A DNA stretch of 55,503 bases from an uncultured Dehalococcoidia bacterium (GTDB taxonomy: Bacteria; Chloroflexota; Dehalococcoidia; Lucifugimonadales; UBA3495). The notes under the pieces are model-generated. The model ran no database searches and was not told the DNA's origin. It worked only from the letters and a program-made list of their open reading frames with translations. Below, piece by piece: positions 37,156 to 47,058 of the stretch; position 1 is the first letter of the stretch, and each line of letters starts with the position of its first letter. Location: positions 1 to 55,503 of the forward strand of contig CATMOE010000020.1 of assembly GCA_950072105.1 (NCBI GenBank), written 5' to 3'. The translations under genes and the position numbers were made by a program.

Positions 37156-39611
37156 TTAGTCCGGCCAGTCGATCCGTAAGCGGTCCTCTTCCATAGCCGA
37201 TACTTGAGCATCGGGGAATTTACTTTTTAGCGCCTCGATGTCCAGTTCATGGTTTCCCAGGTCGAGGGTGAACTGAATCCCGGCCTCTCTGGATATCAGC
37301 CGGGTGTCGGTAATGACCCCGCTGCCCGCCACTTGGTCCAAGACTTCCCAGACGGATTCCAAGCGGCCTTGGCTGAGCGATGACGGGAACATCAGATATA
37401 TCCGTCCGGTGTAGGTGACCGCTGGGGGGCGCCAACCGGGGCCGGTGGCGGCTGGGGAGGCGCTTGCGCCGCGGGAGGTGGTACCGCGACCGGTGGCGGT
37501 ACGACTGGTTCCGGCGCCTGAATCACGGGCCGTTCAACAATCTCCGGACTCGGCGGCGGAATGGCGGCCTGCATCTCTTGGCGCAGCAACTCGGCGGCGG
37601 TGGGTTGTTGCCGGGGTTCGGGCATGTCTATGACCGGAGTAGCAGGTTGACTAAAGTCGAAGGGATCCGGAATTATAGGCTCGGACATGGGTTCCGGCAT
37701 CGGCGTCGGAAGGGAAACAGCCTCCATCTCGTGGCGTAGTTGTTCGGCGGCATTCGGTTGAGAAGGCGACGGCATTTCTATGATTCTGCCCTGGGGTTCC
37801 GGGGCCGGGGCCTCGGTAGGTGATGGCTGTATCACCTCTACCGGGGTTTTGTCTGGCGCCTCACCACTTCCGGCGGTTACTCCAAGACCGCCCATTCCCC
37901 TGGCCAGCTCCTCGGCCATGGCGGCAGCGGCGCTTCCCGGCAATGCGCTGGCCGGAGTAGCCGCCGCGATCTCCTGATCCAGTATCTGGGCTTCGGATTG
38001 AGTTTGGACTGGCGGAGCTTGGACCGGCGGAGCTTGGACCGGAGTAGCTTGGACCGGAGTAGCTTGGACCGGAGTAGTCTCAACTGGCGGAGCTACGGTC
38101 GGTGGCGTTGGAGCTGGAACTTCCGCTACTGGAGCTTCAGTCGCCGGAGCTTCAGTCGCCGGGGGTTGAGTCGTTTGAACTTCAGTTGACGCCGGGGGCT
38201 CCTGCTCAGTGAACCATTCGGAAGGAGGAGCGGCCTCGGGAACTTCGGACGATAACTGTGGTGATATGCTCGGTTCTGCGTCCCCCGGGGTTGCAGTGAA
38301 CCATTCGGAAGGGGGAGCGGTCTCGGGGACCTCATGCGATAGTTGAGGAACTGGAGCCGGTTGGGCGGCCGGTGAGGGCACCGCAGGCTCAGGAGTTTCA
38401 AAGGCGCCGCCCAACCCCAACAGTGCCTCTTCCGGCGATTCTGAAGGCGTTTCAGGATCGGATATTTCCGGTTCCGGGGTTGCCGGCGGTTCGGCCATTA
38501 AGGGAGACTCCCAAGCTACCGAAGCTTGACCGGATATCGCGTCTGATGAAGTTGGAGACGCCGCGCCCGGTTCCGCCGGGATTCCAGACGGAGGGATCCT
38601 TGGGGATTCGACGCTTTCCAGAGGGGCCGCCCCCAGCCGACCAGCGTCGGCCAAGATGCCGGGCGCGAAGTCTTGAGGGTCGGATATGGTGATTTCTTGA
38701 GAACCCGGTTGCCGGCTGAACGGGGCCGGGTCTAATTCATCCAACGCTTCTTGGCCCGATAGCAGCAATTCACTGCGAATCGCTTGAGCACAGCGTAACT
38801 CCTCTTGAGCCGACTGCATCAGGGCGTCGGCCACTGATGGCAAATTGGCCGCTTCTTTGAGTTCCCGTTGGGCTTGCGCCATCGCCGTGTTAAGCACGGC
38901 CAAGGCCTTCAGCAGCTCGGTAGTGGCTCGCTGTCTGGTCCGGTCGGCCTCTTGCCAGGACTCGCTGTGGGTGGTTCTTTGCAGCGCGGTGTACGTGCGC
39001 ATCGCCTCGTCAATTTCGCGCACCGTGGTCCAACGGTTGGGCAACCCCTTCGCACTAACGGCGAAACCCCGGTCAAACGCCCGCCAAGCGCTCTCGCTGA
39101 TGCGTTGAGCATCCGCACGGATGGCTTCGCCTTCGTCCAACCGTTTCTGGGCCCGCCCTCTCTAGATCGCGGCTTCTTCCCTGGTGGCCAAGATCGCTTG
39201 AAGCTCGTTCTGGGCCCGCTTCACCCTCTCTTCCAGCTCGACCCAGGTCTCATAAAGTCCGGGAATGACGTCGCTCTCTTCCAACGCGGAAGGGAAGCCT
39301 TGCCCCAATACCTCAGACATAGGAAATGAGTCTTGGGGCGATTCAAGGACCGGAGAAGAGTTAGCTTCTAGAGGGGAATCGCCGGATTCCGGCAGAAATG
39401 ACGGCCGTTCTTCCGCGCCGGCTTGGTATGCGATCTGCGCCAAGTCAGCCGGGTCTTCGAGTTCTGTCGCGAAAGGCTCGCCGGGAAATAGATCCTCAGG
39501 GAAATCGGCCAAATCTTCTGTGGGCTGCTGCTTCTTGGGTCTGGAGAAGAGCCTGCGGGTTCCCGAAATCAGTAAGCCGAGGGTTGGGAAGCTTTCAGAC
39601 AATGAAGGCAT
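37156..39611 (-). pseudogene. Large coiled-coil plus Pro/Ala/Glu-rich protein, broken by an in-frame TAG and a frameshift
   Basis: ORFs 39162-39611 and 37392-39140 share a frame, separated by one TAG (39162-39164). Adding one base to the G6 run at 37424-37429 joins them to the C-terminal ORF (..PAVTYTGRIYLMFPSS..). Confidence 0.7.
38001..38105. repeat. 15-bp tandem repeat (about 7 units) encoding [TP]PVQA-type pentapeptides
   Basis: agcttggaccgg(agt/cgg) units; an 87-bp duplication (PQLSxEVPExAPPSEWFT) also lies at 38207 and 38294. Confidence 0.85.
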
Positions 39612-39756
39612 ATTTGTTTAAACCCTTATCCCTATGGTCCCCTGGCAAATAGCGCTTGATCGGGCAGCACGTATTGTAGCGTGAGCCTCCATTGAGATAG
39701 CCGAATGAGATAGCCGCACGGCTTGAACACGGGAGGCCGATTCCTCCGTATCACCC

Positions 39757-39791
39757 TTGACACAAATATGACGTTGTGATACTTTTCACTA
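39757..39791 (+). promoter_or_regulatory. Promoter of the ACIII operon with overlapping Rex-like (or CRP/FNR-like) operator
   Basis: TTGACA (39757)-17 nt-TACTTT (39780) with an extended TG; palindrome TTGTGATACTTTTCACTA at 39774-39791. Confidence 0.7.
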
Positions 39792-39849
39792 GGCCTTCAC
39801 CAGGCTCAATCTCGTGTTCTTAACGTATCCGGCGGCGGATAACCGCACT

Positions 39850-40146
39850 ATGTTTGACGACCCCAAAGCACTAACAACAGCAAATTGGCAGGACATATCT
39901 GCCTGGCTTACTTTTTTCTGGATTTACGTTCCGGTGGTTTTTACATTTGCGGTAACTTTGCTGACCGCCCATGCCATAATCCCATCCCTGATTCGCACGG
40001 GGCACATCCCGCCGGGGACGAATAAACTGCGCATACCGATGACCGCATTCGCCGCGGTACTGTTTGTTGTGGCTGCGGCCTTGATGGTCATGGTAGTGAT
40101 AACGGCCCAAAGCGTGGAAAATATCTATGACCGGTATTTGTACTAA
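39850..40146 (+). CDS. Small 2-TM membrane protein heading the ACIII operon
   Basis: 98 aa from MFDDPK; two hydrophobic helices; directly downstream of the promoter. Confidence 0.75.
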   Translation: MFDDPKALTTANWQDISAWLTFFWIYVPVVFTFAVTLLTAHAIIPSLIRTGHIPPGTNKLRIPMTAFAAVLFVVAAALMVMVVITAQSVENIYDRYLY

Positions 40147-40267
40147 TCGTAGCCTGCCGGGTTGCGTCGCGCCAGACTCGTCGATGAGTTGAATTAGGCC
40201 TTAGTGGCCGGCGTGGATCCACCCTCAGGGCAAAGGCTCACCATGAAACGGAGCGGCTTTATAATCA

Positions 40268-40909
40268 ATGCGACCTAGCGCCAAAATGTTAACACTAGGC
40301 CTGGTGGGCCTAACAGTTACCGTTGTAATGGGCTTTCTGATAGCGGTCCTTTTGATATCTTGGTTTTCCAATCCGCCCTTTGGTTTGGGCAACGCTCCTC
40401 CTCAACCAATCGCCTTTCCTCACACGGTTCACGCGGGTTCGGAGGCTGATGGCGGGATGGGCATTCAATGTGAATTTTGCCATCGCAACGTGACACGAGG
40501 AGACGCGGCCACGGTTCCCGCAGTGGAACAGTGTCTCTTCTGCCACAAGACGATAGGCGGTACCGGGGAAACAGCCAAAGCCGAGATAGCCAAAGTAAGG
40601 CAGAGCTTCGAAGAAAACGATCCCATTAACTGGGAGCGGGTGCACCGGTTGCCGGACCACGTGAGGTTCATTCACGAGGCCCACATCCGATTTTTCACGG
40701 ACCCGGATCAACCGACGCGGACCGGAATCAATGGCGAGTCCATCAGTGAACCGCTGACGGTTCCCGAAACCTGTTCCGTCTGCCACGGCGACGTGGCCAG
40801 CATGACTGAGGTTCAACCAAAACAGGGACAATCTTTGAAGATGGGCACCTGTTTGGACTGTCACCGGAATAACAACGTTGCCACGGATTGCACGGTTTGC
40901 CACAAGTGA
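40268..40909 (+). CDS. actA: Pentaheme cytochrome c, ACIII subunit A
   Basis: N-terminal TM, QPIAFPH, five CxxCH (CEFCH, CLFCH, CSVCH, CLDCH, CTVCH), LPDHVRF motif. Confidence 0.92.
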   Translation: MRPSAKMLTLGLVGLTVTVVMGFLIAVLLISWFSNPPFGLGNAPPQPIAFPHTVHAGSEADGGMGIQCEFCHRNVTRGDAATVPAVEQCLFCHKTIGGTGETAKAEIAKVRQSFEENDPINWERVHRLPDHVRFIHEAHIRFFTDPDQPTRTGINGESISEPLTVPETCSVCHGDVASMTEVQPKQGQSLKMGTCLDCHRNNNVATDCTVCHK

Positions 40910-40934
40910 TTAACAGGAAGGACGATCTGACACG

Positions 40935-43247
40935 ATGAAGTTGACGCGGCGCAACTTTCTAGCCTGGGCCGGCCTCTCCGCCGTGGGCGCGGTGGCCTGC
41001 GAAGGGTTTGGCATTCGAGAAGGTGAGTTCAGTCTCCAAAGCCCGGTCAGTCTGCCTGAAGACCTGGTCCGGGGTAAGGATAACTGGTACGCCACCCTGT
41101 GCCGCACCTGCCCATCCTCCGAGGGGATAGTCGTGCGGGTGATGGAAGGCCGCGCCAAGAAGATTCAGGGCAACCCCGCGTATCCCATCAACCAAGGTAA
41201 GCAAAGCGCCCGTTGTGAAGCGGGTTTGCAGGCGATGTACCACCCCGAACGTTTGGCAGGTCCCATGCACCGGTCTGGCGGCCGGGGTTCGGGCCAGTTC
41301 GAACCACTGGACTGGACGGCGGCCTTGGACATATTCAAAGCCCAACTCCAGCAGAACGGGGACAACATGTTGATGGTCACGGAACCCCTCCGGGGCCACA
41401 TGGCCAAGTTGGTGGACCGATTCACCCGGGCGATGGGCGGCCAGCATCTGTCGTTCGATGCCATGGACAACATTGCCTACCAGGCGGCGGTGAAAAACGT
41501 CTTCCAGCAGGATTCGCTTCCTGACTTTGATCTGGCCAACACCAACTTCTTGCTGTCCTTCGGTGCGGATTTCTTGTCAACCTGGGTTTCTCCGACACGT
41601 TGGAACCTGGGTTATGGAGAATTTCGTCAAGGAGAGGGGCGGAAACGGGGCACCTTTTATCAGGTGGACCCCAGATTTTCCATGACCGCAGCCAGCGCCG
41701 ACCAGTGGGTGCCCGTCCAACCGGGATGGGAGGGCTACTTGGCCCTGAGCCTGGCTTACGTGATTATCTCGGAAGGTCTTGAGGCTGACGGCGTAGATGT
41801 TGGCGCCTTGACCGATGGACGGGGTGTGGGAGCGTTGGACGCCTTCCGGCCCGAAATCGTGGGTTCAAGAATCGGACTGCCCGACCGCTTGCGGGGCGAA
41901 ACGCCCGCGGAATTCATTACGGGCCTGGCCCGGGAGTTCGCCACAAAAGGACCTAGCTTGGCGATCGGCGGAGGATCGGCGGGCGCCCATACCAACGGAC
42001 TGTTCAATCTGGAAGCCATCTATGCACTGAACTATCTGGTAGGTAGCGTCGGCGCCAAAGGCGGCATCAGGTTCAATCCCGCACCACCGATCGACGACCT
42101 GCCCCCCAGCGCGGACGTTGCTTCTCTGGCAGATTGGTTCTCGGCGGCCGAGGGACTAAACGGAGGCCGAACCAAGCTAGTCGTCGTGCACCAAGCAGAC
42201 CCGGTCCACGGACTACCAGGGTCGCTGCATTTCCGGGACGCACTTAATAGAGACGACTTGTTTATCGTCAGCCTTTCACCGTTCATCGATGACACCAGCG
42301 CGCTGGCCGACCTCATTCTTCCAGACCGGGTAGCCTTGGAGGATTGGGGCAGCGACATCCCCGAACCCGGACCCGGATATCAAATTTTGGGTGTGCAGCA
42401 GCCGGTGGTGAATCCACTTAGCGACCTGGACCCTAGGAGTTCCGCAGACGTGTTGCTGTCCATGGCCGGAGAACTGGGCAAGCAGAGCGAGTTGCCCTGG
42501 GACCGGTTTGAAGACATGCTAAAGGAAACCTCCAAAGAGTTGTTTGCACTCAATCGGGGTTCCATCAAAGCCGGGTCTGCCGATGAGTTTTGGAACACGA
42601 TGCTGCAACAGGGCGGCTGGTGGGACGAAAAAGCAACGTCTTCCGCAAGGACCAACCCGCCGGCGGGACTGTTCAACACGATTGCCGCAAAGGCGTCGGA
42701 ACCGAGGTTCCCAGGGTTGGCTCCCTCCAGGGATACTTTCCACCTGGTACCCTTTTCCCATATAACGCTACTGGATGGGCAGAACGCTCATCTTCCCTGG
42801 CTCCAGGCAGTTCCAGATCCGTTGACGACTATCGCTTGGCAGACCTGGTTGGAGATAAACGACGAAGACGCCGCGAGATTGGGATTGAGAGAAGGCGACG
42901 TGGTGATCGTTAGTTCCACCGCCCGCAGTTCCATCCGGGTGCCGGTTTACCCGACCCCGGCCGTACCTCCCAAAGTCGTTTCCATACCCTTGGGACAGGG
43001 GCGGCGGGACGGCCCGGACGCCGCGACAGGCCGCCGCGCGTCTGAGAGTTCCAACGTCATGGATATTCTTGAGCCCAGCCAGGTGGAAGGGACCGGCGCG
43101 TTTGCTTGGGCCAACACCACGGTTACGCTCACGCCCACCGGCACCAGTATCAAAGTATCCAAGTTCGAGGGTATCGTTCGGGCCGTGGAAGTTGGCAACA
43201 CCGAAGCGGAACGAATCATCATTACGGTTACGCCAGAAGAATTATGA
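40935..43247 (+). CDS. actB1: Molybdopterin-oxidoreductase-like subunit (ActB1/QrcB-like), Tat-exported, probably a lipoprotein
   Basis: TRRNFL Tat motif then AVAC; KIQGNP, FGADFL, ADLILP...LEDWG motifs; C-terminal molybdopterin-binding-like domain. Confidence 0.88.
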   Translation: MKLTRRNFLAWAGLSAVGAVACEGFGIREGEFSLQSPVSLPEDLVRGKDNWYATLCRTCPSSEGIVVRVMEGRAKKIQGNPAYPINQGKQSARCEAGLQAMYHPERLAGPMHRSGGRGSGQFEPLDWTAALDIFKAQLQQNGDNMLMVTEPLRGHMAKLVDRFTRAMGGQHLSFDAMDNIAYQAAVKNVFQQDSLPDFDLANTNFLLSFGADFLSTWVSPTRWNLGYGEFRQGEGRKRGTFYQVDPRFSMTAASADQWVPVQPGWEGYLALSLAYVIISEGLEADGVDVGALTDGRGVGALDAFRPEIVGSRIGLPDRLRGETPAEFITGLAREFATKGPSLAIGGGSAGAHTNGLFNLEAIYALNYLVGSVGAKGGIRFNPAPPIDDLPPSADVASLADWFSAAEGLNGGRTKLVVVHQADPVHGLPGSLHFRDALNRDDLFIVSLSPFIDDTSALADLILPDRVALEDWGSDIPEPGPGYQILGVQQPVVNPLSDLDPRSSADVLLSMAGELGKQSELPWDRFEDMLKETSKELFALNRGSIKAGSADEFWNTMLQQGGWWDEKATSSARTNPPAGLFNTIAAKASEPRFPGLAPSRDTFHLVPFSHITLLDGQNAHLPWLQAVPDPLTTIAWQTWLEINDEDAARLGLREGDVVIVSSTARSSIRVPVYPTPAVPPKVVSIPLGQGRRDGPDAATGRRASESSNVMDILEPSQVEGTGAFAWANTTVTLTPTGTSIKVSKFEGIVRAVEVGNTEAERIIITVTPEEL

Positions 43248-43280
43248 ACGCCGGCTTATCGCCGATAGCTGAAGGCTGAA

Positions 43281-44075
43281 ATGGTTACACAGCGGGTAGA
43301 TCACAAATGGGGCATGGTAATAGATCTGGACCGGTGCACCGGTTGTCAGGCCTGCGTCGTCGCATGTCAATCGGAGAATAACCTGCCCATCAATACCAAG
43401 GACCTGTTCCTGCAACGGCGGGCCTACGAATGGATCCGCATCGAACGATATTGGGAAGGCGAATTCCCTGACGTGAAGGCGCGGTTCATTCCCATCCTTT
43501 GCCAGCACTGCGAAAACGCTCCCTGCGAGCCGGTGTGCCCGGTGTTTGCCACCTACCACAACGACGAAGGCTTGAATGTTCAGGTCTATAACCGTTGTGT
43601 TGGGACACGTTACTGCGCCAACAACTGTCCGTACCAGGTCCGGTTCTTCAACTACTGGGAACCGGTATGGCCGGAACGTCTGCGCAACCACCTGAACCCC
43701 GACGTAACGGTACGCAGCCGGGGCATCATGGAAAAATGCTCATTCTGCATCCAGCGTATCCGGCGGGCCGAAGTAACGGTGGAACGCCGGGAGAGGAGTA
43801 ACCTGGACTACGCTACCATGAAGAAGCGCAATTTCCTGCCGGCGTGCGTCTCCGCTTGTCCGACCAACGCCCTGAATTTCGCCGACCAGGCGGACGACTC
43901 TGGCCCGGTTAAAGAGTATTTCGACGACGTGAACGAACATCCACACGGCGAAGCGCACGACCGGAAAACCAGGGGTTACCGTCTGCTGGAAGAGATGGGC
44001 ACTAAGCCGAATGTGATCTACCTGAAGAAAGTGGACCCATTCCCATTGCGCAAGGGCGTTGGCCATGGCAGCTAA
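43281..44075 (+). CDS. actB2: Iron-sulfur subunit (ActB2/QrcC-like)
   Basis: CTGCQACVVAC, CQHCENAPCEPVCP, CVGTRYCANNCPY (3Fe-4S type), NPDVTVRSRGIMEKCSFC, PACVSACP. Confidence 0.92.
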   Translation: MVTQRVDHKWGMVIDLDRCTGCQACVVACQSENNLPINTKDLFLQRRAYEWIRIERYWEGEFPDVKARFIPILCQHCENAPCEPVCPVFATYHNDEGLNVQVYNRCVGTRYCANNCPYQVRFFNYWEPVWPERLRNHLNPDVTVRSRGIMEKCSFCIQRIRRAEVTVERRERSNLDYATMKKRNFLPACVSACPTNALNFADQADDSGPVKEYFDDVNEHPHGEAHDRKTRGYRLLEEMGTKPNVIYLKKVDPFPLRKGVGHGS

Positions 44076-45498
44076 CAGCCATCCTGAAAGCCACTATGGG
44101 GCGGAGATGTGGGTATTCCCAGTTGCTTCCCAAGTAACGAGGGAAGTATCTGAAAGGACCTCGGCCATGCCAATGGCGTTTGGTATCGGCTTGGGGGTGT
44201 CCGGCCTGCTGCTGGGACTGGGGATCATCGGATTCGTCATACGGGCGATGAGCGATGGTTTTGGCGCCCACGGTCCCTGGGGCTATTACGCGGCCATATT
44301 TTCATTCATATTTATGGTTACCGGCGCTGCTCCCTTGGCCGCTTCTATATTCCGGGTAACCAAGAGCCATTGGCGGAGACCGTTGACGCGGGTATCGGAG
44401 CTGTTCTCCCTGATAGGGATCTTTAATATCCTACTTTTCATTCCCCTGATGTTCGTACTGCCGGCCTTCCGGAACCCGAATCTGACCCCCTTGGCGGAAA
44501 ACGAACTGGACCTCCGCCGGACCATCTGGTTTGAGGTCCCCATCGGCGCGACCGCCCCGCAATGGCTGGACCTGTTGGGTATAGCCTGTTTGGCGTTGTG
44601 TGCGTTGGTAATTCTGTGGTTGTCGGCGGTTCCGGACATGGCTCAGGCCCGATTGCAGGCCACTGGATTCCGCCGGAGCTTCTACGGTGTTCTGGCCGGT
44701 CACTGGCACGGCACCAAGAGCCAATGGCTAAATCAGAAGGCGGGTTTGGCGCTTCTGGGCGCGTTCTATTTCATGTTGCTGGTTTTCATGCAGTTCACCA
44801 TCAGCTCGGACTACGCCCAGAGCCTTATACCCGGGTGGAAAGACTCGATTTTCCCGGTCATCTATACCCTCACCGGCTTCCAGTCCTCTCTTGGCCTTAT
44901 GCTGGTCATCTTGTTTGTTTTGCGCAGATGGGGCGGGTATAAAAATTACATTGGAATATCATTGTTCTGGTCGGCCAGTAAGATTCTGCTGGGATTGACT
45001 CTGCTGTGGGTTTACCACATGTTCGCCTTTGGAATTACCTACTGGTATGGCCGCTTGGAAGTGGAGCAGAACATACTCAAGTATCTGTTATTCCAGTCCT
45101 ACGGCTGGCTATTTTTAGCCAACTTGATATTTAGCTTTTTCCTGCCATTCCTGACCTTATTGTGGAATCCGGTGCGCCGAAGCGACTGGGGCCCTGCTTT
45201 GGCTGGGGTATTTGTTCTGATTGGAGCGTTCCTGTTCAGCTGGCGGATATTCGTCGGGGCTTTTAACGCCGGCGATGTATACAACATTGGACTTGAGCAC
45301 GTGCCGGCATTTGTAGGACCAGACCTCTGGGACGTGTTGATCGTCCTTGGCGGGCTGGGAGGCGCGGTGTTCATCTATCTACTGGGCTCTCGGTTGATTC
45401 CCATGATGTGCGTATGGGAGATCAAAGAGGGCGCGATGTATCAACACATGGGAACGTTTATGCGCGGCCGGTACTTGGTATTGGCCAAACCCGAATAA
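44065..45498 (+). CDS. actF: NrfD-family membrane subunit, ActF-like paralog
   Basis: About 10 TM; WRRPLTRVSE and PGWKDSIFP motifs; paralogous to the next gene but lacks its HxGRP and SVHS motifs. Confidence 0.7.
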   Translation: MAANSHPESHYGAEMWVFPVASQVTREVSERTSAMPMAFGIGLGVSGLLLGLGIIGFVIRAMSDGFGAHGPWGYYAAIFSFIFMVTGAAPLAASIFRVTKSHWRRPLTRVSELFSLIGIFNILLFIPLMFVLPAFRNPNLTPLAENELDLRRTIWFEVPIGATAPQWLDLLGIACLALCALVILWLSAVPDMAQARLQATGFRRSFYGVLAGHWHGTKSQWLNQKAGLALLGAFYFMLLVFMQFTISSDYAQSLIPGWKDSIFPVIYTLTGFQSSLGLMLVILFVLRRWGGYKNYIGISLFWSASKILLGLTLLWVYHMFAFGITYWYGRLEVEQNILKYLLFQSYGWLFLANLIFSFFLPFLTLLWNPVRRSDWGPALAGVFVLIGAFLFSWRIFVGAFNAGDVYNIGLEHVPAFVGPDLWDVLIVLGGLGGAVFIYLLGSRLIPMMCVWEIKEGAMYQHMGTFMRGRYLVLAKPE

Positions 45499-45541
45499 CG
45501 TGCCTCGATGTATCCGTGGCATACAAAGGGTAGGAGCTTAG

Positions 45542-46933
45542 ATGCAGGAAGGTAGAGTCCTCCCGGCGAAAGAGATCAACCGTGACTTGCTCCGGTCGAT
45601 CCTAACCACACCCAATTGGTATTGGGTGACGGTTGCTATCATGGCGATAATCGTCCTAGGGGCGATGAGCGCCGCCGGACTGATGATTAATAAGGGCATG
45701 GGTTTGACCGGCTTGAACCGGCCGGTCATGTGGGGCTTCTTCATCGTCAACTTTGTTTTCTGGATCGGCATCAGCCACGCCGGCGTGATGCTTTCGGCAA
45801 TCTTGAGGTTGTCCAAAGCAGAGTGGCGCCGGCCGGCGACCCGGGCTGCCGAGGTGTTGACCGTCTTCTCGTTGATGACGGCGGTCATGATGCCCCTGAT
45901 CCACACGGGACGACCCTGGCGTTTGGTCTACTGGGTTTATACGCTGCCCTTCGTTCCCTATGATTTCGCCCGTGGGATATGGCCCAATATACGTTCCCCG
46001 CTGGTGTGGGACCCCAGCGCCATATTCACCTACCTGACCTCAAGCATCCTCTTCGTTATGGTCGCGCTGATTCCAGACATGGCAGTGCTTCGTGACCGGA
46101 CGACGGGAATCAGGCACCAAGCATACGCGCTAATGGCCATGGGTTGGCAGGGGACGCCTCGGCAATGGAAGCTGCAGATCATCTCTGGCATCCTGCTTTC
46201 GGCGCTGATCTTGCCGGTGTTCGTGTCGGTCCATAGCATCGTTTCCTGGGATTTCGGAATGGCGGTGGCGGTCAAATCCTGGCACTCGACCATTTTCGCT
46301 CCCTACTTCGTTGTCGGCGCCGTTCACTCCGGTGTCTCGGCGGTGGTCTTCGTGATGATTCTCCTACGGTGGATCTACGGCTGGGAGAACTATATCCGCC
46401 ACGAGCACATCGACGCCTTGGGAAGACTGCTGATAGTGGTGGCCACCGGTTGGTTCTACTTCTTCGTGATGGAAGTCATCTTCGGGTTCTACGGGCGGGA
46501 GGCCGACGAGATTGCGGTGCGGGAATTCCAGTTCACGCAACCGCCCTGGAACCTGTGGTTTATATTCTTTACCGGGCTGACCTATTTCTTGCCGGTGTCT
46601 TTGTGGCTGTTCAAGTGGACGCGGCGAAACCTGTGGATAATGTCCATCGCCTGCATCTCGGTGAACATCGGCATGTGGCTGGAGCGATTCCTGATAATCG
46701 TGCCGGGGCTGGCTCAAAAGCAGATGTTCACATTCACTTGGTATACCTACGCCCCCAGCGCGGTCGAGATCACCATCATCGGCGGCACCTTCGCCATGGT
46801 GACCTTGTTGATGTTGCTGTTTAGCAAAGTGTTGCCGCTGATTCCCCTTTACGACATAAAAGAGGGAGATATGCTCAAGACTGAGATAAAGATTGGCCGG
46901 GCAACGGTGCCGGCCGTTTTCCGGGAAGATTAG
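45542..46933 (+). CDS. actC: NrfD-family quinol-binding membrane subunit, ACIII subunit C
   Basis: NFVFWIGISHAG, TRAAE, HTGRPW, RSPLVWD, SVHSIVSWDF, WHSTIFAPYFVVGA and GMWLERF motifs. Confidence 0.92.
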   Translation: MQEGRVLPAKEINRDLLRSILTTPNWYWVTVAIMAIIVLGAMSAAGLMINKGMGLTGLNRPVMWGFFIVNFVFWIGISHAGVMLSAILRLSKAEWRRPATRAAEVLTVFSLMTAVMMPLIHTGRPWRLVYWVYTLPFVPYDFARGIWPNIRSPLVWDPSAIFTYLTSSILFVMVALIPDMAVLRDRTTGIRHQAYALMAMGWQGTPRQWKLQIISGILLSALILPVFVSVHSIVSWDFGMAVAVKSWHSTIFAPYFVVGAVHSGVSAVVFVMILLRWIYGWENYIRHEHIDALGRLLIVVATGWFYFFVMEVIFGFYGREADEIAVREFQFTQPPWNLWFIFFTGLTYFLPVSLWLFKWTRRNLWIMSIACISVNIGMWLERFLIIVPGLAQKQMFTFTWYTYAPSAVEITIIGGTFAMVTLLMLLFSKVLPLIPLYDIKEGDMLKTEIKIGRATVPAVFRED

Positions 46934-46964
46934 ATTATTTAGGCTGGCGCGATCGTAGCGCCGG

Positions 46965-47001
46965 TCACCCCCATCCTAAACTTCCCCCATCGAGGGGGAA
47001 G
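46965..47001. repeat. Family-B REP-like repeat inside the ACIII operon
   Basis: tcacccccatcctaaacttcccccatcgagggggaag, nearly identical to the copy near 15559-15595. Confidence 0.8.
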
Positions 47002-47058
47002 AAACTAAGTCTCTCCGATTCGGAGAGAGGAGGGGGCTAGAGACAGGAGGCAAAGGAA

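Noticed and set aside
38001..38160. Short tandem repeats as a CRISPR array
   Set aside because: They are 15-bp in-frame coding repeats without unique spacers, and no cas genes are present.
3944..39164. In-frame TAGs (3944 and 39162) as pyrrolysine or genetic-code reassignment
   Set aside because: Many intact genes here end in TAG at family-typical C-termini, and there are no pyl or methylamine methyltransferase genes in the window.
40935..43247. A catalytic molybdoenzyme (formate dehydrogenase or DMSO reductase)
   Set aside because: The FS0 motif is degenerate and the actA/C/D/E context indicates an ACIII/Qrc structural subunit.
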